Shown in pieces: positions 39,542 through 52,250 of a stretch of 64,000 bases of DNA. The notes beneath the pieces were generated by a model. That model did not search any database. It was not told the DNA's origin and worked only from the letters and a program-made list of their open reading frames with translations. How positions within the stretch are numbered: the stretch's first letter is position 1; each line of letters begins with the position of its first letter. This DNA comes from Lama guanicoe (Eukaryota), in contig MU054187.1 in assembly GCA_013239625.1 (NCBI GenBank), positions 11,243,231-11,307,230 on the forward strand, in the 5' to 3' direction. The translations under genes and the position numbers were made by a program.

Positions 39542-41744
39542 ACAATTATAACTTTATCTGCTTTTTCCTTCATGTTTTCATCAGTACTTTGAGAAAGAGC
39601 CTTGGTCAATATATGATACCAACAATTTTCCTGAATCTAGTTGTTTTGGTTTAGTTTACTACCTAAGGAATTCATATTTGGGCTAATTTTTTTTTTTCCA
39701 GCTAAGTGTTCAGTTGCCACATGGGGAAGTGTGCAGCCTCCAAGACATAACTGTTTCTCTGGGAGCCATTCTTGGTTATATGACAGCAACGGGTTTAAAA
39801 AGAAGAAACAGACCTACAAACGCTCTTCTCTCTGCCAGTATCTTTCCCCATCTCTTTCCCAGGCCCTTTGCAGGCTTTGAGCAAAGAGAACCATGAATTA
39901 CAATTCTAGCAATAACTCCAAACACTCAGGTATCACTTTCTTGCCTTGAATCTTTTGTCAGACTAATGGGCTGGTGCTATAGCAAAAGAGGCATCAGTAA
40001 CACAATGTATCTATTTTCCTAGTTTTCTTGCTGAAAACATTATGGCAATTTTGGAATTCTAGAGGCTGCTGCCCTCAAACACTGAGTCCTCCCAAAGACT
40101 TTGCCCTCTTCTCCAGAACTTTCCTCTGCCGTCAGGGCACCATTTGCTTTCCAGGATCCTAACTTGGCCATGACAGCCTAAATCAGAGGTTATAAACTCA
40201 GAAGAACATGAAAAGCTCCCCATTTTTCCCTCCCTCTCTGAGATTAACACCATCACAGAGCAATGCTACTGGCCCCAGCTAGCTGCTTCAAGGATGTATC
40301 AATTCCATGAGAAACAGAATTTTTTTTTTTTTTGGTCTTTTGATGTATATACTTCAAGGCAAGAATTGGGAGTTCTCTGGAGTGAGTTTTCACATGGATG
40401 TTTTAAACCTACTAGAAACATCGATTGACCTGTAGCATTGGTGACTGTGCTCCTATAAGTAACACCGAATCAAATTCCTGCCTGTCTGGTGGAGTTTGCA
40501 GATTAATTCAGTTGCAGAGTTAGTCAGGACTTTACTGTGATCCTCTTTGGGGAAATAAAAAAGGCAGGGGCCCCGGCTTAGCCTCTCCCGAGTGGGAACA
40601 ATAGGTCTTAATGAAGTTCTTTTTTTTGAATGACTCCTTTTTATTTCAGTGCAGGAAGGTTTCATGAAGGATAAGGGGGAAAATTCCTCGTCCGGTGTAT
40701 GTATAAGCACGTGTACTTAATGATTGTGGGTCAAAATATATCACAACAACTTGGTCTTTGAGGAAAGGGCTGGATTTCAGTCTAAAAAAGACAGTTAAGA
40801 GACATAGAAGGAGGTGGCTCAGCCGAATCTTTCTGCCCAGGTTTAGGTCCTTAAATCTACAACTTCTCAAGAAGTTGTACCCACGGTCTTCACAGCCTGA
40901 ATATTCGTCTGAGCTTCCAGCATGGAAAAAAAAAAATAATTTGTTTTCTTCCTCTTTTTCCCTGCTCTTTTTTTGGGGGGGGGGAATAGGGGATAAAGAG
41001 TGAAAATAAAGTGAAGTTTCAAGTACACAGTGAGTAACTGCTGCACAGATTTCAACTGACATTTTTCTGCCTACAGGATGTCTGTGGGCTCCAAGCAATT
41101 TAAATTTCAGTTACTCATTGCATATCCCCTCCATTACAATGTCTACATTTACCAGTTCCAAACAGACCATTCCTTATGCTACTTTATGGTTTTCATACCT
41201 GTAAATGTATCTATTAACAATTTTTCATTCACGAACATCACTGGCTGGAAACAAAATTTTCTCACAGGGTTTGACGAAGCTAAACATTACATTTAAATGA
41301 TTTGAACCTAGATGATCAAAATCAGTAATAAATTAATTTTAAACTATTTCATTTTTGGACACTCTTCTAAACATAAGATTTTTGTTTCTCCGTGTTTTCC
41401 GATTCTCAAAATATTGCATTCTATTTTCTTTTTTTCATGATTGCATTTACAAATGGTGAAACTTTTGGTCAGAAAATAAGCGTCTGATTCTTTTAACCTT
41501 AAGAAATTAGCTGTAGGTTTTCAATAGGAAGTAGTCACATAGAAAAAAGTAATAATAATCCTTATTTTTTTCCTTCTTACTGTTTGATTTAAACTGCTAA
41601 GAGGCTGAACACTTTTTTTTAAACCGACTTAAGCCTGCTACATTTGGTATAACTTTCAGATGTTTGTTGACGTTGATTAAACTGAAGAGGGAAGAAGGAA
41701 GATACCGATTTTAGGAACTAGAAATGAGCTGTATGGGTAATGAC

Positions 41745-42872
41745 TTCTGCTGCCCCTCGGGGCCCTTCACAGAGCCCGGGGGTGTCTGTTTGCCAGAGTG
41801 ACTATGCACTGGGAAAAAGAAAATAATCAGAGCTTTATCGGACTACCGGACACTGGCTCTGAACTGACACTTATTCCTGGAGACCCAGAACATTACAGCA
41901 GTTCCTCAGAGGAGGGGCTCATCGAGATAGGTGATCAATGGAGTTTTGGCTCAAGTCCATCTCACAGTGGATCCAATGGGTTCCCAAACCTATCCTGTAT
42001 AATTAGCAGCTGGAAGAACCCCCACATTGGTTCTGTGACCTGTGGAGTGAGGGCTGTTAGGGTGGGAAATGCCATTAGAACTGCCTCTTCCTAAGAAAAT
42101 GGTAAATCAAAAGCAATTTTGCATCCATGGAGGGACCGCAGATGTTTGCAAGGTGCAGACCCCTTTTTCTCCGTGTGTGTGGACAAGGCCCACCAGAAGC
42201 TGAAGAGGCCAAGACGGTATCTTCACTCTCCTACCGCAGGGGCGTATCAAGGATCCTGCAATGTCAGCATCTAGATGGCGGGGCTCTGGGTCACCGTTCC
42301 CTTCCGCCGGAATCACACTGGTTCACTAAATGGATGACACTGCGCTGATGGGGCTCGGTGAGCCCGACGTAGCGACTGCTGTAGACTTACTGGTAAAACA
42401 CTCGTGTGTCAGAGGGTGAGAAAGAAATCCACTTACAAGTCAGAAAGGCTTTCCACCTCAGTGAAATTCCTGGGGGTCCAATGGTGTAGGATTTGTCAAG
42501 ATAATATTTTTACGGTGAGAGATAAGGTGTTGCACCTGGTCCCTCCTGCAGCCCAGAAAGAGGCACACCGCCGGGTGGGCCGCCTGGGACTCACGAGGCA
42601 ACGTACTCCTCCTTGGCTGTGACCCGTTGACCGAGTGGCCCCCAGAGCGGCTCGCTTTGAGCGGGGCCCAGAACAAGAGGGCTCGGCACCGGGCCCAGGC
42701 TGCCCTTCACCCACCCTGCCACGGGGCCGGCCGAGCCGGCAGGCCCGGTGCTGCTGGACGGGGCGGCGGCGGACAGAAAGGCGCCCTGGAAGTGCCGGCA
42801 GGCCCCTGCAGGCGATCACAGCGCAGACCCTCAGGATTCGGGGATGAAAGCCTGGCATCATCCGCAGATAAC
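41745..42872 (+). mobile_element. decayed ERV-L internal region: protease, then reverse transcriptase through the RT connection domain, with deletions, frameshifts and stops
   Basis: GLPDTGSELTLIPGDP is the ERV-L aspartic protease motif (DTG at 41849-41857). The RT YxDD motif is decayed to H-*-M-D-D (cac taa atg gat gac, 42324-42338). SVKFLGVQW...DKVLHLVPP..QKEAHR.VG and FERGPEQE match ERV-L pol peptides. Confidence 0.92.
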
Positions 42873-43305
42873 TGAAACCGTGTCCAGGCCCCTGTGCCCC
42901 TGTCCTTTGAAGTAAAAGCCTTTGCTTTAGTCTCCCCGGCCTCCCTTGCGTCTCCAAAGGCTGGCTCAGGAGTCAGTGATTGGGAATGTGAAGACATAGA
43001 CACAATGAAGAGCTGCTGGGCCGGCAAACTGGTAACCATTTAGTCTATAAATCAGCCAGAAAGCAGAGTCACCGAACTCCCTGGTCCCCGAAAGATCTAG
43101 ATAATGGTCTGACACACATTCCTAAGTTGTTTGACAGGCAGCAGACCCCCACCAGACGAAAACTGCTGACTGTGAGCACGTAGACCCCAGACCGGCTGAA
43201 ACCAGAAGGTGGATGATGCTCAAAACTTCACCTTGAGGCCCACGATCTGAGAAGGGCGCACCAGCTGATCAGGCACCCGCAGCCCCTCCCGCCCACGGCC
43301 TTTAA
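42873..43305 (+). mobile_element. 3'-truncated LTR of a younger endogenous retrovirus (cetartiodactyl ERV1-like), U3 portion
   Basis: Begins with TG (tgaaacc) exactly where ERV-L homology ends. gaaaccagaaggtggatgatg...aaaacttcaccttg...agctgatca...gcctttaa resembles artiodactyl ERV1 LTR U3 up to the TATA region. Confidence 0.6.
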
Positions 43306-44689
43306 TCGTCACAGCTCTTCAGCCTCCCCGGTCCCACAGTTTCAGAATCAGGCACATTTATTAAAGGAAGACCCGTCTATGCTTTTGAGGCGGGCTCACT
43401 CCCGTGAGTTTAGCTTCGTTTCTTAAACTCCACCAGATTCTGAAAGATGTCCCTCCATCTTTTGGAAGCCCTTTGCCGAGTTCCTGAGCCTCTTATCTGT
43501 ATCTTCAAGCATTTGAGACTCTAAATTTCATGACATGACTGGCAAAAGCCGAAATGCCCCCTGGTTCCCTCAGTAGCATTCTCCTCCTGGGCCAAGCCCG
43601 GTGCTCAGTGTGAGCCCAGAATTAGCAAATGCCCCCAGGAAAGAAAAGGCCTGGCCATCTCCAGCTTCTTGCAGAGGGGCCCCTCCCTCAGGAATGCCAA
43701 TCCATCCAGTACTTGTCGCTTCCTCAGCTCTCTGCTGTCTTTGAGAAGTTTTTATCTTTGTTTGACTCCTGTAATTGTAGGAGAAACATCTGGGCTGCCA
43801 TAAACCACTACGTTCTACCCTAAAGGAGTTGAGGGTGATCTTTTTGGTGTACACATCTGAGCACATCATTCTCCCACTTGAATCCTTTAATGAGTCTCCA
43901 TTTCTCTGGAGATAAAATCCAGAATCTTTAAAAGCGCTTAGGAGACCTTTGATGATAAGACCCTTGTTTGAATGTGCCGTATCCCCTGATACGCCTGGCC
44001 CTTCCCGTGGCTGCCTGCTCCTGTTGACATGTTCTGCCTTCCCGATCCCCTCTTCATCTGACCAATTCTTACTTTCTCTTCAGGACCCAGGTCAGCCCCT
44101 TCTTCTTAAGGGAGGCTGTTTAGAACCCTTCAGGCTGATTTAGAGGTTCCCGCTGAAATTCTCTTCTCAGCCACATTGTAGTTACCTGTTTACGGCTCTG
44201 TTACTCCCCACTAACCTCTGCCCTCCTCTCGTGATGGGGAATGTATCACATTCATCATCCGAGGTGCATCTGAGAGTAGAGTTTAGCAACCTGGGCTCAG
44301 GAGCCAAACTGCTCCTGCCAAATGTTCACCCTGCCCCTTCCCAGCTGTGTGAGCTTGGACAAGGTTTTGCATCCTAAATTCGTTATATAAGTGGCAATAA
44401 CAAAAGTGCTTATCTAGTAGGGTCAGGTCAGACAAAAAGAAAGTAAACCCTGTAAAACAGAGTGTCCTGTGCAATAGCAGAGTCTCCTAGAAAAAGAATC
44501 ATAACAAATAAACACAATGCAAAAAAAAAAAAAAAGAGCACGGGAATTACTGACCCCTGACCTCCCCTTACTGTTTAGATAGACGTAAGTTAGTAGGAAA
44601 CCCATGAGGCAAGGGTTGAGGGTCCTTATAATGTTCTACCACCGTTTTACCAAAATTGGGCTGGGCGTGTCACCACACACCTCTGCATT

Positions 44690-45300
44690 GGTAAATCCAA
44701 TGGCCAATGCTCAGGATTCACCTGAAGGGTCTATCGGCAACATCTGACCCAGGTAATCACTCCTTCTTCCTTCCTCTACTTTGCTTTCAGGACACCGAAG
44801 CCTCCGGGCTTTCCTCTTCAGTCACCCTTTCCTCCACTCTGTGTCTCCTTTGCAGGCATCCCCGCCCCCTCCCTCCCACGCCTCTAACCTTGTACTTCCT
44901 GGGGCTCAGCCCTGATTCCCACTAATGTCCTTATACTCAGTCCTATGACCATCTTATTTGATTTCTTCACTTTAAATATCATCTAAATGCCAGGGACTCT
45001 CAAAAATACCCACTCCCCACCCCCTGCCAAGCCCAGACCTCTCTCCAGAACCCCAGGCTTATCTGTCAGATTGCCCACTTGCTTTCTCCACCTGCCTCTC
45101 AAATATCCAGCTCAACACATCCAAAGCTGAACTGACGTTTCTCCAAACCTCCAGCCACAGCCTTCCGCATGGCAGTTGGTAGCGTATCTGTCCCTGTGGT
45201 AGCTCTGACCAAAACCCATAAAGTTTTCCTTGGTTCTGCTCCTTTTCTCACACTCTACAACAAATCTGATAGCACATCCTGTTGGCTCTATTCTTACAGG
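44690..45300 (+). mobile_element. L2 LINE fragment
   Basis: atccaatggcc, ttcaggacacc, ctttaaatatcatctaaatgc, cccagacctctctccagaaccccagg, ctcaacacatccaaagctgaact. Confidence 0.8.
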
Positions 45301-45665
45301 TAGCTGTAAGAAAGTCATCTTTTAAAAATGACTTCCCAGAGGACACACAAAGTAACTTTCATTTACCTCTCACTGTATGGGACTTAGTCACACATCCGTG
45401 CCTAGCTTCAGTGGGTACCAAGAGATGTGGGCCACGTTGTTACCTGAAAACAAGTCAGGATCTTTTTTTTCCTGTGGAGGAGAACAGGTCCTTGGAGTCA
45501 ACCCCATCACAGACTCTAAAGGACCACTATATAGGATGCGTAGGCTGATCTTTTCTAGAAAACTAGCATTAAAACCATCTTCTGAATTCTAGATGCTCTC
45601 TATGTTAACATTACTGCACACCCGGGACACGACTTTCCCTCCGTCAGCCAGCTAGCCTTCCCATC

Positions 45666-46095
45666 TGTTTCAGTCTGGGATCTGTTTCAGAGAGCAGAGT
45701 CTCTTTTAGCTAGTGTATTAAAGGCTTATTGGAAAGTTGATTAGTGATTATTAAATGGCTTATGGAATCGCTGGGAAGGCCAGAGACACATAGGTCTAGA
45801 CGGGCAGGTATTCCTTGCAATCACGCCACAAAGGGGGAAGCTGTCCTCTATGATCAAGAAGCCACCTGAAAGAATGGAAAGCTCTAGAACCACACCACTA
45901 CTGTGATGATCAGGAAACTGCCAAAGAAACGCCAGTCAGTGCTGTTCAGGGTCAGCTAAGGAAAAAAAAAAGCAGAAACAATGGAAGGAGTGATGCTGCC
46001 TTGCTTCCAACTTGAGGCCATCTGAGCATCTGATTGATATACATCACTGACATCCAGAATCCCAGCTGAAGAGTCTGGAAAGAGGGTGCAGTATA
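45666..46095 (-). mobile_element. ERVL-type LTR (LTR41/LTR33-like)
   Basis: tgtttcagtctgggatc...ggcttatggaatcgctgggaaggc...gagcatctgattg...ccagctgaagagtctggaaa. Confidence 0.5.
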
Positions 46096-47394
46096 CAAAA
46101 TGAGTAATCCTGTGTCAAAGATCTGATTTGCACGTTTACATCTATTACACAAGAATCTCATTTATTAAGCGTGGAGAGCTCAAACAAGGCGGCATGGATA
46201 ACTGAAGTCTGCAGGTAATTGGGGGGAAATTATTTTAACTAGAACTTGCAACCTCCTCCTTCCCGTGATCATTTTAGTGGAAATGGGGTTCAATCAGTGG
46301 CAACGTGTTTTGAGTTTCATCTGTGTTTCTGCGTGCCTCCACCCACAGCGCACTGACAAGGAGGAAGAGAGCTGAAAGGAGGAGAGCTGTCAGAATACTT
46401 AGCTCACTCAGTTACTGGGTATCAGCCAAGGGAAAACTGAGCATTGGCTGACCGTTTCCATACTGCGATGTTTACACCAACAATAAAATATTTGAAAATA
46501 TGGGGAAAGACATGCCAAGCATTCAAAACGTTGAGGCTTTTGAGTAAAAGAGTTCAAAACAAATTTCTCAATAGACATTCTAAAGCATAAAGAAAAAAGA
46601 AGGGGAGAGGGCCACAAAGGGGTATTTTAATGTGAACACAGCATTGGACTGGAAAGGTCCATAGTGGAATTAGTTTGGGTTCCAGCCAAGGGGGATCTAG
46701 CCTGTCTTTGCTTTTCGGTGAGACTTGCCTGCCCCTTTGACCAGACTATACGTAAGGCAGGGGTCAGGGGTTAGGCCTCCTGCTAGCTGAGGCCCCAGGT
46801 TCTTTCCTTGAATGAGGCTTGGCCCTCTCTTCTCATCCCGCCAACCTCCTGGGATCAGCTGCTCTCTCCCTCACCTCTCAGTTTAGGCACTGACTCCACT
46901 CCGAGTTCTCCCCTCCCCTTAGGCTGGCACATAATTGCACTCAAATGTTTGCTGAATTAATTGATGACTTAACGATTGAGCAGAACAGACTCCCCCACCT
47001 GCCATTTCTTTGCTGTCCCCAAAATTAGACAAAGCGATCTTTCAAAGATTAGTGTCTTCTATCATTATAGCAAATGAGAGACAATGACAAGGTTCTAGGT
47101 TCTTAGTCAGTTTACTCCAGCATCGTCTCTACTCTCTAATTCCTGAATTCCTTAGTAGCTGATACCCAGTAGCCCCTCTCAGCTAGAACCTTCTCTCCTT
47201 TGATGATGGATTTGGGGCTAAGCGGCTCAGACCCATCTCCAGCCCAGAACACAGAAGAACAATGTTAAGACCGGCAGTGATAACCTAGATAAAGAGGGGA
47301 CCCTTTGTCTCACTCCAAAGATTCTTCCCTTGTGCTTTGGATCTCTCCAGACCAACGTTAGAATCTTGCTCCTCTCTAGCACCTGGAACTACTA

Positions 47395-47875
47395 CCACTG
47401 TTATTTTCCAGCAACATCTGCAACAGTATTTCCCATCCCACATGTTCTTCTTACAACATGAGTCTGACTCTTGTTGGGGGTCTGTGTTCCCTTCCCTTGA
47501 ATTTCTGATTGTGGTGGAAGTGGTTGTAAAAGATGATGGAGCTTTGCTTGGGTCCTTGGGTTGCTTGCTCTTAGGACCCATGCCATGGGGCAACCCAAAG
47601 TGGCCCCTTTGCATAATCACATGGAGAGACCAGGCAGAGTTTTCCAGTGGAGAACTCCACGTGAGGTCCCAGCCAACAGCCATTTTTAGATATAGAAGTG
47701 AAGACACTTCCAGATGATTCCAGGCTCTACTTCTGAGTCCCCCAGCCTTTGACAAGCCATTCTCACTGTGGCCAGCCCAAATTCCTAACCTCACAATCCA
47801 TAAGCATAATGAAATGATTGTTTTGTACCACTGAGTTTTAGGGGCATTCACAACGTAGCAATAGTTACTAAAACA
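47395..47875 (+). mobile_element. MaLR LTR (MLT1G/H-like)
   Basis: gcaacagtatttcccatcccacatgttcttct, cccttcccttgaat, gtgaagacacttccagatgattccag, gcccaaattcct, ccactgagttttagggg...gtagcaatagttactaaaaca. Confidence 0.85.
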
Positions 47876-50699
47876 ACCATTCATCTATTTTTTTTTTTAC
47901 CTTATTGATTTCCTATGATGTGCTGAACGTGCATTCTCAGCCCTTACCCAGGTCTACTGGTCCTTTCCTGTGGAGATCTGAAGTCCTCTCTTCCCGGTCT
48001 TCAGAGAGCTGGCAGCTGCCTTCTCTACGGCTGCTATACGTCTGCTTGGCTCCAGTCCTCAGAAGGCCTTTTCCATGGCCCAGTTCTCTCTGAATTATGT
48101 GCTGTTTGTCTGCAGCACAACAGCTAGGCAGTTGCTAAGGCTGGGTCCACCCTTCAGTAATGCTGAGATTTTTCACCTATTATTCTAAGCTGAGGGCTAA
48201 GTGTTAAGCTTCCTGGCTGCCATTTGGTCCAGATGGGGAAAGTCTCCTCCCAGTAGTTTATTTATCCAGTGTGTTGCCTCCCAACAGTTCTCATCTCATT
48301 GCCCCTCTTTGGCTACATTTGGGGGTAGTTACAACTACACTGTAGGATTATTTTGAGAGGTCAATAGGACACATGTGTCACCTATAATGTTGTCTAGCAC
48401 ACTGTAGGTTCTCCATGTCTAATAATTTTCCTTGACCCCTCTCTCTAGTTCAAAACTTCTTAAGTTCACACAGGATGTTCTAGAATATTCTTGCTTCTAA
48501 TCCAAGAAATAGTCCAAGTTCAAAGTCCATTTTTAAAGCCAAAATGATTGTCATGTCCAATGACTAGTATTTGATCTGGATCATTTTTTTAACCCAAGTA
48601 AGGGTGGTCTTTAGACATATTTTCAGGAGCCCACAAGTTTATCAACATTTTAAATATTGATTTTCATGATAATCTTATAAATAAAATTCTTTTGCAATCT
48701 AAATGCAAAATTCAGAAAATTTTTCGTAAATTTAATTTTACTTTCTTCAAATTATGTTTCTCGCATCGGAAGTGCACGTTTCCAGGGCCCTAAAGGAATT
48801 GTTACTGTTATTTTAAAATGGACCATGACTATTTAAATAAAATTTTAAAACAACAGATTCAAATCTATAGTCACCAGCACCTAAGAAAGCCATGGCAGGG
48901 CAGTTCTTCAGTCTACAGGTCCCTCAAGTTTTTTTAGATTGAATAAATGACATGAACTTTTCTGTTATTCCTCAAATGTGTGTACATACTATTATAATTA
49001 TCGATTTATTTTGAAGTTCTACTAAATTCATTCATACTCATTTTTGCAAAATTTATTTCCTCAGTCAATGGCTATTGAAAGTAAAACTATAATATGGGAA
49101 TACAGGGAACATTCTCCATGTTAAAAGGGTTTTTCTTCTCAAAAAAATTCAAGTGTCAGTTCCACCCATTTCCTCATTCTGGTGTTGGAGATGATAGAGT
49201 CAGAAGACCTCTGTGGGGAACTAGAGGACATTTTAGGATTGCAGCTCCTAATATGAAGATTGCTTAACAGTATATCATAGCCATAATTTTCACCAAGGGA
49301 AAACACAGGTTATTTCATAACATAGGCCACATTATAATGCAGGAATCCTACTGGGGTGTGTATGCGGGTGCATGAGTGTGTGTGTGTGTTTCATGGAGGA
49401 CAATAGCTGTGTTCTTGCACAGATTTCTGATGTAGCAAATATACAATATGATGATGAAATGACTAGGGCACATTAATCAGTCTGTGACAACAACTCAACC
49501 CTGAGTCAATCAGGATACTCTTCATAGAAAATATTCATTTCTAAAAAAGAAAAAAAAAGTACTACTGTTAGAACAAGCCCACATTTCAGACAGTTTCCAT
49601 TTTCCCACCCTTACATGACAATGAATAATTTAGCTAATCTTTTTCTATGGTATTTCTGGCTTCTTTCTTAAACAGAAAGATTCCTGTTTCAAGAAAATCT
49701 ATTAATGTCCACTTTCCTTTCAAAAATCTGGGTGACCTCTAATATGATTTCAATCTCACAGGGGGCAGAGGGAGGGGCGGGTGGTAGAAATCACGTAAAA
49801 GTTATTGGTTCAATGCCATTATAATGAAAACCATGTGTCCAGGGAAATTTACAGCCATAAATCTCTCAGTGCACATAACTTCTAATTAAAACCTCATAAC
49901 AGTCTTTTCCAAATAGTGAACACAATTTTGAGATCTAGTTTTATTTCATTATTTCAGGAATGGATGTGAAAAATGTGTGTCTGGGGATGTAGTGCTACAG
50001 TATCATCACTGAGATACCGGAAGAGAACAACAGAGCCACCGTCTCTCAGAAAGATGTGGGAGGAGGGAGGTTGTTGGCTTTAAAAACAGAATTAATTTCC
50101 AGTGGGTCTCTGATTTTCTATTCGATTAGGAACGCATCAAATTCAGATCAAGTAGTCCCTCCAGGAAGTGAACACGTATACCCTAGAGAGAATTCATATT
50201 ATGTTGAATAAAAATGATCTGAGCTATGCCTAGAACACAGCTCACCGTGTATGCTGCTTTGTTGGTCCAGGGGATGGAATGAATGTGTTGAAGAAATCGT
50301 GATGCCATTCTTTGAATCTTCACATTTCACACAGCCCAGTCTACCTCTTGCCAACTCCTTCTGGCCAATTCAAATAGTGTTAACAAATTCCAGGGAAGAC
50401 AAGTGTTTTCCCAGAGGAAGACAGATTGCATTGAAGGGCATACTATAAAGAGTCAATGATTCCAGTTTAAGCCAAATCTCAAAAACATTCCATGAATGAC
50501 GAAGAAAATATTTCCTTTCAGTTAGAATCATAAAGAGAGAACAATAATTTGGCCCTTAAAATTGCATGTTAATTGCCTTCTTTATTGAGAATTGTTTCTT
50601 GTCTCGGCTGGACAGTATTGATAACGGTTATAAACGTATTTAATCTATTAGTTTAAATGGAGCCCTTATCCTGCCCTAAGGAGCCCTCTTTGAACTCCT

Positions 50700-52250
50700 T
50701 TTCCTTCTCCTGAAACTCACAGCTAATCAACAATCATAAATCACTATTAAAATACAGTAAATCAAATGAGCGTATTACTTGCCTCTTAACATCAAGTTGA
50801 TTCATCAACTATGAATATATTGTAATGCTAGTTGATAGAAATTATAACGGTACTTTTACGGAAGCAAAATAGCATTTACCTATAGGTAATGCAGGTGACA
50901 AACCTCCCACACCAGCTCCGCTGCAAAACACACACAGTTACCCCTGTGCCAGCTCAAATCGGGTTCCACTGAATGCACCTAATTTAAAGCGCCCTTCAGC
51001 TTCCCCTTTTAACAGCTTCATAAGAACCAGTTAGAGTCCAGCCGGCTTGTGCATGTATGTTTAAAATCCCGAAAGCGACATCAGGCAAGCTTATCAATTT
51101 ATAGGAACTATCAGAAGCAGCATAACATGGATTTAATGTTTTTTTTCTTTTCTTTAAACTATTTTTAAATTAACCCAGACTTTTGTCGTAAATTATTTTC
51201 ACAATCTGCTTAGAACATCTAAGGCGCGGCCTATCAAAGGTTTCCCAAGACCCTTAATTCAGGCCCGGCCTTGATGTGAAAGAGCTCAGGCTGCCGGCGG
51301 CGGCGGCGAGGAGTCCGGGACGACGGCTGAAGGCGGCCACCTCCGAGCCATCGTTCTGCACGAACATCTGCGGCCATTGAGGTGGCGAGGCCATTACGGC
51401 CTGGCCTCTGTGTCCCTGCTCAGCTGCCAGCCTGCACAAGTGCCAGGTGCAGGGGCCTCGCTCGAGAGGAGACTATAGTCGAGGGTAATGGTCACAGCGA
51501 TTACGAACTGATAATTATCCCCTCCCTGTTTCCTCGTTTCAACCAACGGGTTGCTTCACTGCTTATTTTCTCTTTATGACTCAAAATGGGATCCTACGGC
51601 TCGGGGCTGATTATATCTTGCTTTCCAGCGAGACTTTTATTTCAAAATTATGTCGCATGTAGTTTGTTAGATTGTACCTATTAGCCACACATCTGAAGAA
51701 ATCACCCTATTGAATATTTCGCCGTGGAAAGTCGGAGGCTTAATGCAAAATGTTATCCTCTTGATAGTCCTTTAAAAATATACATATATATATATATACA
51801 AAATTCCGTATGTGGTCCACTTGATTCGTTTTTTTAGTCTGTTTGTTCTAGTTGAGCAAGTTCTCAATTTATCTTTGTCGAGTTTTCCTCTTTTTCACTG
51901 GAATAGACTTTAGAAGCCATATTTTATCTCCACGTACCCACGAAAGCGTGCCGCTGGGCTCGCATTCACAAGTGTGGCACGAATTTTACATGATACAATA
52001 AAATCAGCATTTTTATAGTCATGTGCTATACGGCCAAACACTAATTAAAAACAGGATGGAGTTTTATTTCCCCCATTAGTGATAGGAGGGCCAAAGTGTT
52101 TTAGTTGAACAATGGTTTTCATTGCTATGCAACATGGTTATGAAAGGCTGAACACAAGAATATTGTGCAAGCAATAGGGGCGACTCGCGACGTGAGCCTG
52201 TGACTAACTGCCAAAACTGAGTGCCGTGAAAGAAAGAAATTTGGAATTAG
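50700..52250. promoter_or_regulatory. putative developmental enhancer with a CpG-rich core (~51220-51510)
   Basis: Repeat-free, with local CpG retention; TCF/LEF-type atcaaag (51233-51239) and ccttgatgt (51269-51277); CDX/HOX13-type gtcgtaaa (51185-51192), tttatag, tttatga and caataaaa. Function is inferred. Confidence 0.5.

Noticed and set aside
41798..42875. ERV-L ORF fragments as a domesticated or functional gene
   Set aside because: The RT catalytic motif carries a stop codon, and there are frameshifts and large internal deletions.
47285..47884. 199-aa minus-strand ORF, the longest in the track
   Set aside because: It lies antisense across an MLT1 LTR and has no protein-family features; a chance open frame.
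51375..51390. CTCF site (cattgaggtggcga)
   Set aside because: Only the 3' half matches the consensus; too weak to call.
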